A stretch of 64,000 nt of DNA, taken from assembly GCA_965219005.1 (NCBI GenBank), contig CBDCMS010000004.1, forward strand, positions 659,841 through 723,840. Direction: 5' to 3'. This DNA is from Acidobacteriota bacterium (GTDB lineage Bacteria; Acidobacteriota; UBA6911; RPQK01; JAJDTT01). How positions within the stretch are numbered: position 1 is the first letter of the stretch; the number at the start of each line of letters is the position of its first letter. Below the pieces are notes generated by a model, which saw nothing but the letters and a program-made list of their open reading frames with translations, was not told where the DNA came from and ran no database searches. Positions 41,499 through 53,559 of the stretch are shown in pieces. The translations under genes and the position numbers were made by a program.

Positions 41499-43346
41499 GG
41501 GTGCACGACACGAAAGTGATGTTGGTGGTGAAGACCAGAGAACGTCGGGGATTGGGACTAGACTGTCTGACAGTTATAATAACTGTCAGACAGGAGGGTC
41601 CTCATGTCTCAAGACGCTTCCCCCCAAGTCCAACTGGAACAACGGCGCCAGCAGTTGAAGCAAGCCTTGCTCGAACTGGGCGATCTGCGTCCCGGATCCC
41701 TGGTGGCACGTTACCGCCGCTGTGGCAAGGCCAACTGTCACTGTGCCCAGCCCGGGGCTCCCGGCCACGGGCCCAGCTTCTCCTTGACCCGTCGCGTGGA
41801 CGACAAAACCGTGACCAGGATCATTCCGCCGGGGCCGGCGGTCGAACAAACTCGGGAGCAGATCGCGGAGTATCACCGATTGCGGAGCTTGCTGCAGGAG
41901 CTGGTGGAGGTCAGCGAACAGATCTGTCAGGCCAAACTGGAGGCCGCCCCGGCCCGCACGGGCGAAAAAAAGGGCTCCAAAAGACGCTCGCGCAGGAGGT
42001 CCAGCGAGAAGTCCAGATCCTGATAGGGCCCGCTGCGGCGGAGGCCCTGGACTTTGAAGCCCTGGAGACCGCGGTCCGACGCCAAGTCTTGGAGGTGGCT
42101 GCCCGGACGGTGGAAGCTCATCTCAACCAGGATCATTCGGACACCGTCCCCGGGCTCAGCTGCCCCTGTGGAGGACGAGCGCGGTACGCGGGTCGGCGGG
42201 AGAAGCAGTTTACCACCGTGCTGGGGCCGATGCGATTGCAGCGTGCTTACTATCACTGTCCGGATTGCGGCGCAGGCTTTTGTCCCCGAGACCGAGAGCT
42301 GGGACTGGAGGACCGCTCCTTGTCGCCGGCCCTGGTACGGATGGTCGGGGCGGCCGCCTCGATCCTCAGCTTTCAAGAAAGCAGTCAGCTGCTGGACGAA
42401 TTGGCCGGGGTTGAAGTGGGAGCCAAACAAGTGGAACGGTGCGCGGAGTCCCTGGGAGAAAAAGTCGCTCGCTATGAGCACCAGAGCCGGGAGCCCGAGT
42501 CGTTGTTGCCCCTGCCCCCCACGCTCTATCTGGGAGTAGACGGCACGGGCGTGCCCATGCGAGCGCCCGAGCTACAAGGGCGAGCGGGCAAACAACCCGA
42601 TGGTTCGGCCCGGACCCGGGAAGCCAAGCTCTGCACGGTTTGGAGTGCGGAGAAACGAGACGACCAGGGACGCCCCCTGAGAGATCCTGGCTCGGTTACC
42701 TACACCGCCGCTATCGAAAGCGCCGCCACCTTGGATACCGATCGCCAGCTTTCCGAGTTCGCCCAGCGGGTCGAGCGCGAAGCCCAGCGGCGCCGCTTTG
42801 GACAAGCGCCACAGCAAGTCGTCTTAGGCGACGGAGCGAAGTGGATCTGGAACCTGGCGGGGGAACTGTTCCCTGAGGCCGTACAGATTGTCGATCGTTT
42901 CCACGCCAAAGAGCGACTTCATGAGCTGTCCAAGAGCTTGTATGGCGATCGCCACTTGAGCCAAGACTGGGCCGAACAACGTTGCCAGGAACTTGATGCC
43001 GGTGAGATCGAGATCCTCCTTTCGGTCCTTGAGACCGAGGGGCTGAACAACCAGGAGGCTAAAGCCGCCTATGGCTACTTTCAAGAGAATCGCCAGCGGA
43101 TGTGCGCTACGCCCAGTTCGAGACGAAAGGGCTCTGCACCTCCACTGGAGTAGTGGAAGCCGGATGCAAGAACGCCATCGGGGCTCGACTCAAACGATCC
43201 GGGATGCACTGGAGCGTCCGGGGAGCCAATTCCATCATGGCCCTTCGTTGTGCTCGACTCAGTGGACGCTTTGAGGATTTTTGGGAATGGAGGGCCGATC
43301 ATCGAGCCGCGGCATGATCCAGTCGTCACTTTTTTGTCGTGCACCC
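41499..43346 (+). mobile_element. ISKra4-like element: DUF6788-like orfA (41604-42023) plus transposase (to 43317) with a 2-nt frameshift near 43101
   Basis: IRs GGGTGCACGACA / TGTCGTGCACCC; 9-bp TSD CTGCAACAG; DGTGVPMR, GDGAKWIW, DRFHA, GVVEAGCK..RLKRSGMHWS. Confidence 0.88.
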
Positions 43347-43556
43347 CTGCAACAGTTCTCTTGACCCAGCCCGGTGTCTTTGCGACCCAGCCGGTGGTTC
43401 CGCAACTTTAGATCTAGATACATTCAATTTGCTCTTCCACGGTCCGAGTATCAAGAGGCCCCTTTACGAGGCAGGATGGTTGGGCTAAGCTGAAACTTGA
43501 TTTGGCTTTTCCTGAGGAACAAGGGTGTAACGCATTGATTCAGTGATCTTTTGGTC

Positions 43557-43644
43557 ATGGAAGCCTGAAGCGCAAGCGAGGGGTTGGGAATCGGCAAGAT
43601 CTTACTCAGGTCCCCAACCCCTCGCTCGCGCTTCAGGCTTCCAT
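43557..43644. repeat. REP-like inverted doublet
   Basis: atggaagcctgaagcgcaagcgaggggttggg ... cccaacccctcgctcgcgcttcaggcttccat. Confidence 0.8.
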
Positions 43645-43898
43645 AGCTCGGGAAGTTTCTTTCTCGAATGGGGCCAGCACCGCTGGGGGCCCCACTAATC
43701 TGACAGTAGCCCCTGAGCGGGGGCAATTCTTGTCGTGGACATTCGGAACTTCTGGGCCAAGCTGCACCTTCGCCGCCGGCCCTGGCTTCTAATCCGGCTT
43801 GCGGGCCAAAGGAATCGCCTCTGCTGACGGGCAGCACAGACCAGCATTTATGTACGGTCGCTGAGGCGAGTGTCTGTGGCGCGCGGCTGCACCGCGAC

Positions 43899-44507
43899 GT
43901 GGTCGCTCCCTTTCTCAGACTGAAAGACGGGGCACGAAACGCTGGATTCGATCTGCAGATACTCAGTGGATTCCGCAGCTTCGAAGATCAGCTCTCCATC
44001 TGGAATCGAAAAGCGTCGGGCCAACTCGCCGTCCCGGACAGCGCCGCCGTTCCGCTGGACATTCAGAGTTTGAGCGGGAGGGAACTGGTTTTTGCCATTC
44101 TGCGCTGGTCCGCTCTGCCGGGAGCCTCGCGGCATCATTGGGGCACGGATCTGGACATCTATGATGGGGCAGCCCTGCCCGAAGGATATGAGATCAAGCT
44201 CATCCCGGAGGAGGTTGACGCCGGCGGGATGTTCGGTCCTTTGCACGAGTGGCTGGACCAGCGGATCGCTGCCGCTGGTGTCTCCGGTTTCTTTCGACCC
44301 TACGACCAGGACCGGCAGGGCGTGGCGCCGGAGCGCTGGCACCTGAGCTACGCCCCCCTTGCGTCTCGGTTCCAACAACGACTCACGCCCGATATACTCC
44401 GGGAAGCCATCCAGAAAGCGGCCATTGAGCTCAAGGATGTGGTGCTGCAGGATTTCGAGGAGATCTACCACCGATTTGTCATGAACACGAACAGGTCTTT
44501 CGAATGA
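43899..44507 (+). CDS. M15 family (VanY-like) D,D-carboxypeptidase
   Basis: SGFRSFE.Q, SALPGASRHHWGTDLD, ERWH; frame open upstream to about 43821. Confidence 0.88.
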   Translation: MVAPFLRLKDGARNAGFDLQILSGFRSFEDQLSIWNRKASGQLAVPDSAAVPLDIQSLSGRELVFAILRWSALPGASRHHWGTDLDIYDGAALPEGYEIKLIPEEVDAGGMFGPLHEWLDQRIAAAGVSGFFRPYDQDRQGVAPERWHLSYAPLASRFQQRLTPDILREAIQKAAIELKDVVLQDFEEIYHRFVMNTNRSFE

Positions 44508-45202
44508 AGCTCCGCCAGCGACGGCAGATCGGTACCATCCCCTTGGATCCAGAGAGCTACGGCCTCTCCCAGCTGGGCAGAGCGCTCGAGGTCTGGCGTC
44601 CCGGAAGTGACTGCAGGCTGCTTTTGTTCGCGGGAATCCACGGCGAAGAGCCGGAAACGACCCTGGCTCTCTCTCGGGCATTGCGTCAGCTATCTGAGCC
44701 CTCGGCTCACTGTGCGGTAGTGTTGGCGGCCAATCCCGACGGTCTGATCCGTGGGACCCGTGGAAATGCGCGCGGCGTGGATCTCAACCGCAACTTCCCG
44801 ACCCGGGACTGGCAGCCGGATCCGGTGGCGCACCGCTCCACCCTGGATGATCCCCGGGATGTCCTGTTGAGCCCCGGTTCTGCAGAGGCCTCCGAGGCCG
44901 AGACCCGAGCACTCATCGGGCTTATCGGCGAGCTTGAGCCGGAAAGCGTGATCGCTCTTCACGCACCACTCGCCTGTATCGATGACGCGAAGCAGGGACC
45001 GCTGGCCGATTGGTTGGCTCGGCAAACCGGATTGCCCCTGGTGGGGGACGTGGGGTATCCGACTCCTGGCTCCTTCGGCACCTGGGGGGCGGAGCAGGGG
45101 ATCGGCGTGGTCACCTACGAGTTCCCGCTGGCCACCACAGATGAGATAGTCCGGGAGCAAGTGCCAGTGTTGGTGGATCTCCTGACCAGTTGGGACGGTT
45201 GA
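44504..45202 (+). CDS. mpaA: Murein tripeptide amidase MpaA (M14)
   Basis: GIHGEE, NPDG, NARGVDLNRNFP, GYPTPGSFGTW, TYE. Confidence 0.85.
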   Translation: MKLRQRRQIGTIPLDPESYGLSQLGRALEVWRPGSDCRLLLFAGIHGEEPETTLALSRALRQLSEPSAHCAVVLAANPDGLIRGTRGNARGVDLNRNFPTRDWQPDPVAHRSTLDDPRDVLLSPGSAEASEAETRALIGLIGELEPESVIALHAPLACIDDAKQGPLADWLARQTGLPLVGDVGYPTPGSFGTWGAEQGIGVVTYEFPLATTDEIVREQVPVLVDLLTSWDG

Positions 45203-45239
45203 AGACGTTGTTCGGGGCAGAGACCTGTAGGAAAGCATC

Positions 45240-46472
45240 ATGGTCATCAACTTCGTCTGGATCGCTTTCTTCCTGATCGCTCTTCTGGTTGGGCTTTTCC
45301 GACTGATCATCTTCTCAGAGACCGAGATCTTCACCAGCATCGTCAACAGCACCTTCGAGATGGCCAGGCTCGGCTTCGAGATCTCACTCGGTTTGACCGG
45401 AGTACTCACGTTGTGGCTCGGGCTGATGCGGGTCGGAGAGAAGGGCGGTGCGGTGAATATCCTGGCCCGAGCAGTTCGGCCCTTTTTCCACAGGCTGTTT
45501 CCGGAGGTCCCACGAGATCATCCCGTGTATGGCTCGATGATCATGAATTTTGCCGCCAACATGCTGGGCCTCGACAACGCGGCCACACCGCTGGGCCTGA
45601 AAGCCATGCAGGAGTTGCAGGAGCTCAACCCCGAGCAAGACACGGCTTCCAACGCTCAGATCATGTTCCTGGTGCTCAACACCTCGGGTCTGACCTTGAT
45701 ACCCATCAGCATCATGGTCTATCGGGCTCAGCAGGGGGCGGCCAATCCCTCCGATGTCTTCCTCCCGATACTGTTGACCACCTTTTTCTCCACATTGGTG
45801 GGATTGACAACGGTTGCCATCGTCCAGGGAATCAACTTGTGGGACAGGGTGGTCATGGCCTACCTGCTGGGTCTGACCGGAATCGTCGGGGCTACCCTCT
45901 TTTATTTCTCGGGACTCCCGCAGAGCCAGATCCAGACGATTTCCAATGTGTCCGCCAACGTGATCCTCTTCGGCGTGATCTGTGGCTTCATCGCTTTGGC
46001 CATGTTCCGCAAGGTCAATGTCTATGAGGCCTTCATAGAAGGGGCAAAGGAAGGATTTCCGGTGGCCATCCGGATCGTTCCCTATCTGGTGGCAATCCTT
46101 GTCGCCGTTGGGGTGTTCCGTGCCTCCGGAGCGATGGATTTCCTGGTCATCGGGATCGAGAGAGCGTTCGCTGTGTTCGGCCTCAACACCGACTTCGTCG
46201 GAGCCACGCCCACGGCCCTGATGAAGCCCCTCAGCGGGAGCGGAGCGAGGGGCATGATGGCCGATGCCATGCAGACCTACGGCGCGGACTCTTTCGTCGG
46301 CCGCCTGGCCTGCACCCTTCAAGGGTCGACCGATACGACCTTCTACATCCTCGCGCTGTACTTCGGGTCGGTCGGTGTGAAGAAGACGCGCCACGCGGTT
46401 CCGTGCGGGCTGTTGGCGGATTTTGCGGCGATCGTTGCGGGGATATTCATCGCGTATTTGTTCTTCCACTAG
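45240..46472 (+). CDS. Fused SpmA/SpmB nucleoside-recognition-domain membrane protein
   Basis: ANMLGLDNAATPLGLKAM, KPLSGSGARG, GSTDTTFY. Confidence 0.88.
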   Translation: MVINFVWIAFFLIALLVGLFRLIIFSETEIFTSIVNSTFEMARLGFEISLGLTGVLTLWLGLMRVGEKGGAVNILARAVRPFFHRLFPEVPRDHPVYGSMIMNFAANMLGLDNAATPLGLKAMQELQELNPEQDTASNAQIMFLVLNTSGLTLIPISIMVYRAQQGAANPSDVFLPILLTTFFSTLVGLTTVAIVQGINLWDRVVMAYLLGLTGIVGATLFYFSGLPQSQIQTISNVSANVILFGVICGFIALAMFRKVNVYEAFIEGAKEGFPVAIRIVPYLVAILVAVGVFRASGAMDFLVIGIERAFAVFGLNTDFVGATPTALMKPLSGSGARGMMADAMQTYGADSFVGRLACTLQGSTDTTFYILALYFGSVGVKKTRHAVPCGLLADFAAIVAGIFIAYLFFH

Positions 46473-46636
46473 TACCCTGTCAACTTCGAGATTGTGGGTT
46501 ATGGACGAGTCATGGTGGGCGAGGTCAAGGCGCGCGGTCGTAGACATAGTTTTGGCCTACGTCGAGGACGCGCAACACAGAGATCGGCCGCCAGGGCCGT
46601 TCAGAACCTACAATTTCGAGGTTGACAGGGTACTAG
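46469..46636. mobile_element. MITE, 168 bp, CTAG-flanked, 32-bp terminal IRs (29/32)
   Basis: ctagtaccctgtcaacttcgagattgtgggtt ... aacctacaatttcgaggttgacagggtactag; no transposase ORF. Confidence 0.85.
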
Positions 46637-48314
46637 GGCCGGGGGTAAGTCTCGTTGGGAGAGCCAGCCCTTGAGGGTCTCGGGTCTCGCGGTAACGTTG
46701 GAGGTGCTTTTTGAGCTCCTGTAGCCTTGCTTGGATCTCTTGGTGTTTTGGGGCTTTTGGGTCTCGAAGCGTGCTCTCCAGTCGTGCCAGGATCTGGCCG
46801 CAGGCGTCATCATCGAAGGGTAGCTTGTCCTTCAGATAGACGTAGACTGGGTTGGTGTGGGCGTCCGCTCCGGCGTCCCCGTAAGCTCGAACGGCAACCC
46901 AGCCACTGTTGTCCACCTCAAGCCTCTCCGAGACCTCCCATCTCGACCGTCCAGCGGGGTCGAAGCGCCTTGATACGACTCGCCCGTTCCAGATGATTTC
47001 AAGATACCGCACTGGATAAAGAGGGCTCAGTACGCGTACTTCCAACTCCAGCGAAACCGCCTCATCCTTCGAGACGATCACTTTTCCCGGCCTTTTCCCG
47101 TTGGTCTCCAGAAAAATCATGGGACCCGTCGTCGCGAAACTGCGTCCGCCGGCAAGCGCCTGGAGGAACTCCCTGACCGTGGGTTCCTTGTCGGCCTGAG
47201 CGTAGGTCACAGAGTCGCCCAGTTCCCGGGTATAGGGAAAATCCGACGCCCCAACGATCGGCCAGCGGTATCCCAGATTCAAGTAGTCATACCAACCATC
47301 CAGTCCCAGGCCGCGGTATCCTCCGTATTGCAGCAACTCCAGAAAATCCATCTTTCCGGTCAGGGCCAGGGCATCCACTTCACGGCGGAAGGAGCCTCCA
47401 TGGGCGAACCCTATGAACCCGGACATCTGGTGGGCCTGATCGGCGATGAGTCCAAGCGAAGGTCCCGCGCTGACGTCATCGGAGCGGCCGCCGCCAGGGA
47501 CATAGTCTTCCGCTAACACAATCACGTGCCCCAGGGAACCCGCCCGGTACTCCTGGCCGGAGATCAGGTGGTAGGCTCCCTTCTGCCGAATAGACTTCCG
47601 GCCTAGACCATAAGCCTGTCCCCACGACTCAAACTCCCGGCCCAAAGCGTAGCCATCGGTGTTCATCGAGAGGCTGAAGGCGTAACGAATGTCGCGGGCC
47701 GAGGTAAGCGTAAACAGCGTGTCGTCGTTGCTGCCGGTGCGCTCGAAGTGGATGTGGGTGTCTCCCGAATACCACCCCTCCTTCGCCATATCGATCCAGC
47801 GCTTGAGATAGATCGTCGCCTTCGCGGTCTGGTTTTTTGCCAGGTGAAAGGTCTTCTGGGTCGGAGTGTATTCGTAGCCCCGGCGGACCTCTACCGTGCA
47901 GGTCCCGGCCGGGACTCTCACCGAAAAGGATCCGTCGGTGAAGAAATAGTAGTTGAGCTTGCGAAACCGTATCGGGCCCTTGTGCCGGTTGCCGGCCATC
48001 CGAAGGGAGTAGGGCTCAAAGGGATCGTTCTCCGGTTCCTGGTCTCCACCGTTGACGCTGACCGTGGCACTCAACCGCTCTCCGGTATCTCGATCCAGGA
48101 CAATCAAGTCGAGGGTTGCTGCATCAGGGCCGGGGTCGACTTTTGGAGGCGGCAGCGGAGGACCCGTAAAACCCTGTCCTGGATCGACCACGCCGACAGG
48201 GAACTCCTCCACCATACGATGACGCTGGAGCTGCGCTGAGTAGACGAAAGAAAAGACCAGGAGCAGCAGGAAGAGAGCCCTCAGGCTCCGGATCGAGATC
48301 AAGGATCGGGACAT
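46608..48314 (-). CDS. CehA/McbA-like PHP metallohydrolase, secreted
   Basis: GWYSGDTHIH, GQEY, LGH, FAHGG, GASDFP, F.TTGP, AHTNP. Confidence 0.8.
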   Translation of the reverse strand: MSRSLISIRSLRALFLLLLVFSFVYSAQLQRHRMVEEFPVGVVDPGQGFTGPPLPPPKVDPGPDAATLDLIVLDRDTGERLSATVSVNGGDQEPENDPFEPYSLRMAGNRHKGPIRFRKLNYYFFTDGSFSVRVPAGTCTVEVRRGYEYTPTQKTFHLAKNQTAKATIYLKRWIDMAKEGWYSGDTHIHFERTGSNDDTLFTLTSARDIRYAFSLSMNTDGYALGREFESWGQAYGLGRKSIRQKGAYHLISGQEYRAGSLGHVIVLAEDYVPGGGRSDDVSAGPSLGLIADQAHQMSGFIGFAHGGSFRREVDALALTGKMDFLELLQYGGYRGLGLDGWYDYLNLGYRWPIVGASDFPYTRELGDSVTYAQADKEPTVREFLQALAGGRSFATTGPMIFLETNGKRPGKVIVSKDEAVSLELEVRVLSPLYPVRYLEIIWNGRVVSRRFDPAGRSRWEVSERLEVDNSGWVAVRAYGDAGADAHTNPVYVYLKDKLPFDDDACGQILARLESTLRDPKAPKHQEIQARLQELKKHLQRYRETRDPQGLALPTRLTPGPSTLSTSKL

Positions 48315-48555
48315 CGCTCAAGCCCTCAGCGTTTACAGCACATTTACTACCGTCCGGTTAAAGCATTTAGATATCGTTTCAACACGCTTATAATCATTGA
48401 TTTAGAAGGAAAACAAGCTGGAATCGATTTCAGCTGAGACTTCCGCCGTCTTCCCTCTCGTGTGGGCGGATCGACTTTGGGATCGAGGGATGGGAAATGG
48501 GTCTTATCAAAACCAAGCGAGGTCAATCCCAACGGGATTGCGTATTCCAGCCCAG

Positions 48556-49762
<1,207 letters not shown>

Positions 49763-50137
49763 AGGGTTTCCGAACCCTGGGTAAGAGAGTCAATCCCTTT
49801 ATAATCAACCCTGTAAGGGTTGTGTCCTGACCCATTTATTGCCTTTCTGTACGCAACCCATTCAGGGTTGAGATCCAGGGCGACGCCGTTCACCTAGGGT
49901 TTGGAAACCCTGGGCTGAAATACGGAATCCCTTCAGGATTCACCTCCGTACTGTAGCACGGTGGAGTCAAGCGGGAAACGATGGGTCCTGGCTACTCGGA
50001 TGGCTTCGTGACCAGGCCGTGGGTCTTCGAAATCGCCAGGGAATGCTTCAAAAGGCCACACGGGGTCTGGTATCTTTGGGGATAGATTCAAGGAGAGCGT
50101 ATGAGAGCTGCGGTCCTGTGTGTGATTATCCCCTGAT

Positions 50138-50914
50138 TTGCCCGTGAAAATAGATCTTCCGAAGAACTTTGATCGAAGGGTCGCTCTAGAGCGGCTGGAT
50201 CGGGTGCTGGATCCCGAGCTGGACGAGTCCATCCTCAAGCTGGGCTTCGTCGAATCCCTCCGAGTGCAGGAGAGTCAAGTCACCGTGGTCCTGTACCTTC
50301 CCACCTACTTCTGCTCTCCCGGTTTTGCCTATCTCATGGCCTACGATGTTCGACGCGAGCTTCTGGGTGTGGAAGGTGTGCAGGAAGTCACGGTCCGCTT
50401 GAGGGATCATTTCGCTTCGACAGCAATCGAGACCGGAGTCAATCAGGGTAAGTCCTTCACTGAGGCCTTTCCAGGCGAGGCGCTAGGGAATCTGGATCAG
50501 CTGCGGTCCCTGTTCTTGCGCAAAGGCTACTTGAGTCGGCAGGATACTTTCTTGAGGGCACTGAGAGAGGCCGGGTTATCCTGGAAACAGATCTCTGACC
50601 TGCGCATCCGGGATGTGGCACTGGGAGAAGGATCCTGCTTAGTGCAGTGCCTTGGGGACGGACCGGTTGAGCTGGCCGCCGACACGACCGGCAGGTACCT
50701 GGAGCGGCGTGCCCAGATCGGTCTCGACTGTTCTCCTTCGGCCTCCCTCATGACCGATCTGAATGGCAAGGCCATCGCCGCGGAGAGGTTGGAGCAGCAT
50801 CGTCTTCATGCCCGGACCGTGCGGGTATCGCTGGAGGCCAACGGTTCTCTATGCTCAGCGTTACTGGAGGCCCGTAGAAGACAGCGGGCAACTGGAGGCA
50901 ATCCCGATGTATAG
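50138..50914 (+). CDS. DUF59/Fe-S cluster assembly domain protein
   Basis: V.DPELDESI..LGFV, LPTYFCSP.FAYLM, DHF; C-terminal NGSLC. Confidence 0.8.
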   Translation: MPVKIDLPKNFDRRVALERLDRVLDPELDESILKLGFVESLRVQESQVTVVLYLPTYFCSPGFAYLMAYDVRRELLGVEGVQEVTVRLRDHFASTAIETGVNQGKSFTEAFPGEALGNLDQLRSLFLRKGYLSRQDTFLRALREAGLSWKQISDLRIRDVALGEGSCLVQCLGDGPVELAADTTGRYLERRAQIGLDCSPSASLMTDLNGKAIAAERLEQHRLHARTVRVSLEANGSLCSALLEARRRQRATGGNPDV

Positions 50915-51938
50915 GACAGGTGAACAGGAGATCTTCGTGGTGGACGGACACATGCATCTCTGGGATGCAAGTCCGGAGAACTGGCGCAACCAGTACGGAG
51001 AGGGCTGGATTCGTTGCTTCCACGACTACCAAACGGCTCTCAGTCCAAGTGAGTATATCTGGCCCTTCGAGAAGTTCTGCAAGTACGGAGAGGACGCCCT
51101 CATCGACGATCTCTTCATGAAGGGTTACGTGGACGTCGGCATCTTCAACTCGACATACCTCCGCGAGTTCTACACCAGGGGGTTCAACACCCACCAGCAG
51201 AACCATGTGCTAAAGGAAAAATACCCGGATCGTTTCATTCTCTGCGGTTCCTTCGATCCCCGGGAGGAGGAAGCGGGCCTGGACGAGTTGCGGCAGATGG
51301 TGGAGGAGTACCCGATACAGGGCCTCAAGCTATACACGGCCGAATGGAGGAACGGCTCCAAAGGGTGGCGCCTGAATGACCCCTGGGCCTACAAGTATCT
51401 GGAACTCTGTGACACTCTGGGTGTCCGAAACCTCCACGTCCACAAGGGACCCACCGTCTACCCCCTGAACCGGGATGCCTTCGATGTCCACGATGTGGAT
51501 TACGCGGCTACTGATTTCCCGGGGCTGAACTTCATCGTCGAGCACATTGGTCTGCCCCGGCTGGATGACTTCTGCTGGATTGCCACCCAGGAGAAAAATG
51601 TCTACGCGGGTATGTCGGTGGCCATGCCCTTCATCCATCCCCGGCCCAAATACTTCGCCGAGATCATGGCCAATCTCCTTTTCTGGGTGGGAGAGGACAA
51701 GATCCTTTTCGGTAGCGATTACGCCATCTGGCACCCCAAGTGGATCATTGAGAAGTTCATGGCCTTTTCCCTACCGGACGAGATCGCGGAAGAATACGGT
51801 GTCCAGCTTTCCCCGGAGATCAAACGAAAGATCCTGGGCGAGAATGCGGCTCGCCTGTACGGTATCGATATTGCGGCCCACCGGGAAAGACTGGCCCGGG
51901 ATGAGATTGGTGTCGGGCTCTCCGCCCAAAATTTGTGA
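50907..51938 (+). CDS. Amidohydrolase-2 family metallohydrolase
   Basis: VDGHMH, KLYTAEW, HKGPT, VEHIG.PR, ILFGSDY, KILGENAARLY. Confidence 0.88.
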   Translation: MYRTGEQEIFVVDGHMHLWDASPENWRNQYGEGWIRCFHDYQTALSPSEYIWPFEKFCKYGEDALIDDLFMKGYVDVGIFNSTYLREFYTRGFNTHQQNHVLKEKYPDRFILCGSFDPREEEAGLDELRQMVEEYPIQGLKLYTAEWRNGSKGWRLNDPWAYKYLELCDTLGVRNLHVHKGPTVYPLNRDAFDVHDVDYAATDFPGLNFIVEHIGLPRLDDFCWIATQEKNVYAGMSVAMPFIHPRPKYFAEIMANLLFWVGEDKILFGSDYAIWHPKWIIEKFMAFSLPDEIAEEYGVQLSPEIKRKILGENAARLYGIDIAAHRERLARDEIGVGLSAQNL

Positions 51939-51955
51939 GAACCTAGGTGAGGCCA

Positions 51956-53234
51956 ATGTCCAAGGCGATCAGTCACACAATCAAGCGACGGGGGAAGTAC
52001 CCGGGAGATAGGGACGTGGAAATTCCTGTTGCCGAGGACCTTGCTACGGTCCCGGGGATACCCGTGCGCGAGAAACGAGAAAGACGTTTCGTATTACAGC
52101 AGAGTGTATCCGCTGGAGGCCCAGTTCCTCGAAAAGTCCGCGGATCGGGAATGGGAATGGAGTGTCTGGAGTGATGAGCTGACCGAGTTCCACCAAGATC
52201 ACCACGAAAGAAACCGTTCTTTCGTGGATGCGGCGGAGTCATCGGGCGACCTTGAGCCGACAGGTAGGGCTGAGCCGGGAAAAGACCTGACGGAGGAAAT
52301 ACGGACGAAGGCCTTGGAGCTGGGCGCCGGCGAAGTCGGATTTACCAGGTTGGACCGGAGGTATGTCTACGCCAGCAAGAAGCACTGGGTGAAATACCAA
52401 CACGCTGTTTGTCTGGCGGTGGAGCAAGACTACGAACAGACTCAGACAATCGCCAGTATTGAGGCCGAGCACACTCACTTCGGCACCTACGAGAAGATCG
52501 GAGCCCTCGGGTTGGAGCTGATTGACCACATCCGCGCTCTGGGCTACCGCGCTCAGATGCACAGTCCCAGCGACGAGTCCGTGGTCTATGTACCTCTGTT
52601 TGTAAACGCCGGCCTTGGTCAGTTGGGAGCCAACGGGCAGCTGCTATCGCCGCATTTCGGGTCCAGATGTCGGTTGGCAATTGTCACTACGGAGGCACCC
52701 GTGACTTACGACGAGGCTGTGGACTACGGAATCCACAAGTTCTGCCAGAAATGCCAGGTGTGTGTCAGGCGATGTCCCGCCCGGGCATTGGTCAAGGAGC
52801 AGGTTTGGTGGCGGGGTGTGCACAAGAACAAGGTCACCTATGACCGTTGTCGTCCCGTGATGGCAAGATACGAGGGTTGCGGCGTGTGCATGAAGGTTTG
52901 CCCCATCCAGCGCTATGGGATGAAGGCGGTGATGGAGCACTACGTTGCCACCGGAGAGGTACTTGGAAAAGGAACGGACGACTTGGAGGGTTTCACTCTG
53001 AGGGGCCAATACTTCGGAGTGAGCGAGCTTCCCCAACTGGACAGCGAGACCTTTCAGTTTCCCCACGGGCCGAAAGATGGATGGCTCTTCCAGGAGTTCA
53101 AAGAGAGGCTAAAGAAGGAGGGCATACCTCCTGCCGACCAGTTGCAGCGGTTCGCCGCCGCCGTGAAAAGGATCCTGGACAAGGGCCCATCAACCCGATA
53201 CGACCAGGTTGAGCCAACCAGCGACATCGAGTAA
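51956..53234 (+). pseudogene. Reductive dehalogenase/QueG-like cobalamin and 2x[4Fe-4S] protein, frameshifted by a 7-bp duplication at 52069-52082
   Basis: AGLGQLGANG.LLSP.FGSR.RL, CQKCQVCVRRCP, CGVCMKVCP. Confidence 0.75.
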
Positions 53235-53242
53235 GAATAGTG

Positions 53243-53324
53243 AGCAGTGGTGCAGTAAGCAGTGGTGCAGTAAGCAGTGGTGCAGTTAGCAGTGGTGCAG
53301 TTAGCAGTGATGGAGTGAGCAGTA
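53243..53324 (+). repeat. 15-bp tandem repeat (GCAGTGGTGCAGTWA x4 plus degenerate units)
   Basis: Read directly after the RdhA-like stop codon. Confidence 0.9.
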
Positions 53325-53559
53325 CCGGAAACAGCTGCAGCCAACAGAGCCGCGAACGACTTGACTTGTCTGCAAGATGAGCCAGGTCCCGGCCGTCGAG
53401 GACGACGAAGACGGAGAGAGAGCCGGACAACAGCAAGATCTCTACCAACCCCGAAAAGTTTTGTTCTCGAATGGGGTCAGGATTCCTGGGCGGCTCACTA
53501 ACCTGGGTCATGCGCTTTTTGGCGTCGCCCACTTGCTCACGCTGCCAAACAGGCGTTTG

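Noticed and set aside
43899-46472. Vancomycin-resistance locus (VanY-like gene)
   Set aside because: No vanHAX or regulators; the MpaA/Spm context fits ordinary murein peptide turnover.
53243-53324. Possible CRISPR array or CTTAY-repeat peptide ORF (53054-53344)
   Set aside because: Contiguous 15-bp units with no spacers and no cas genes; the ORF is an antisense by-product of the repeat.
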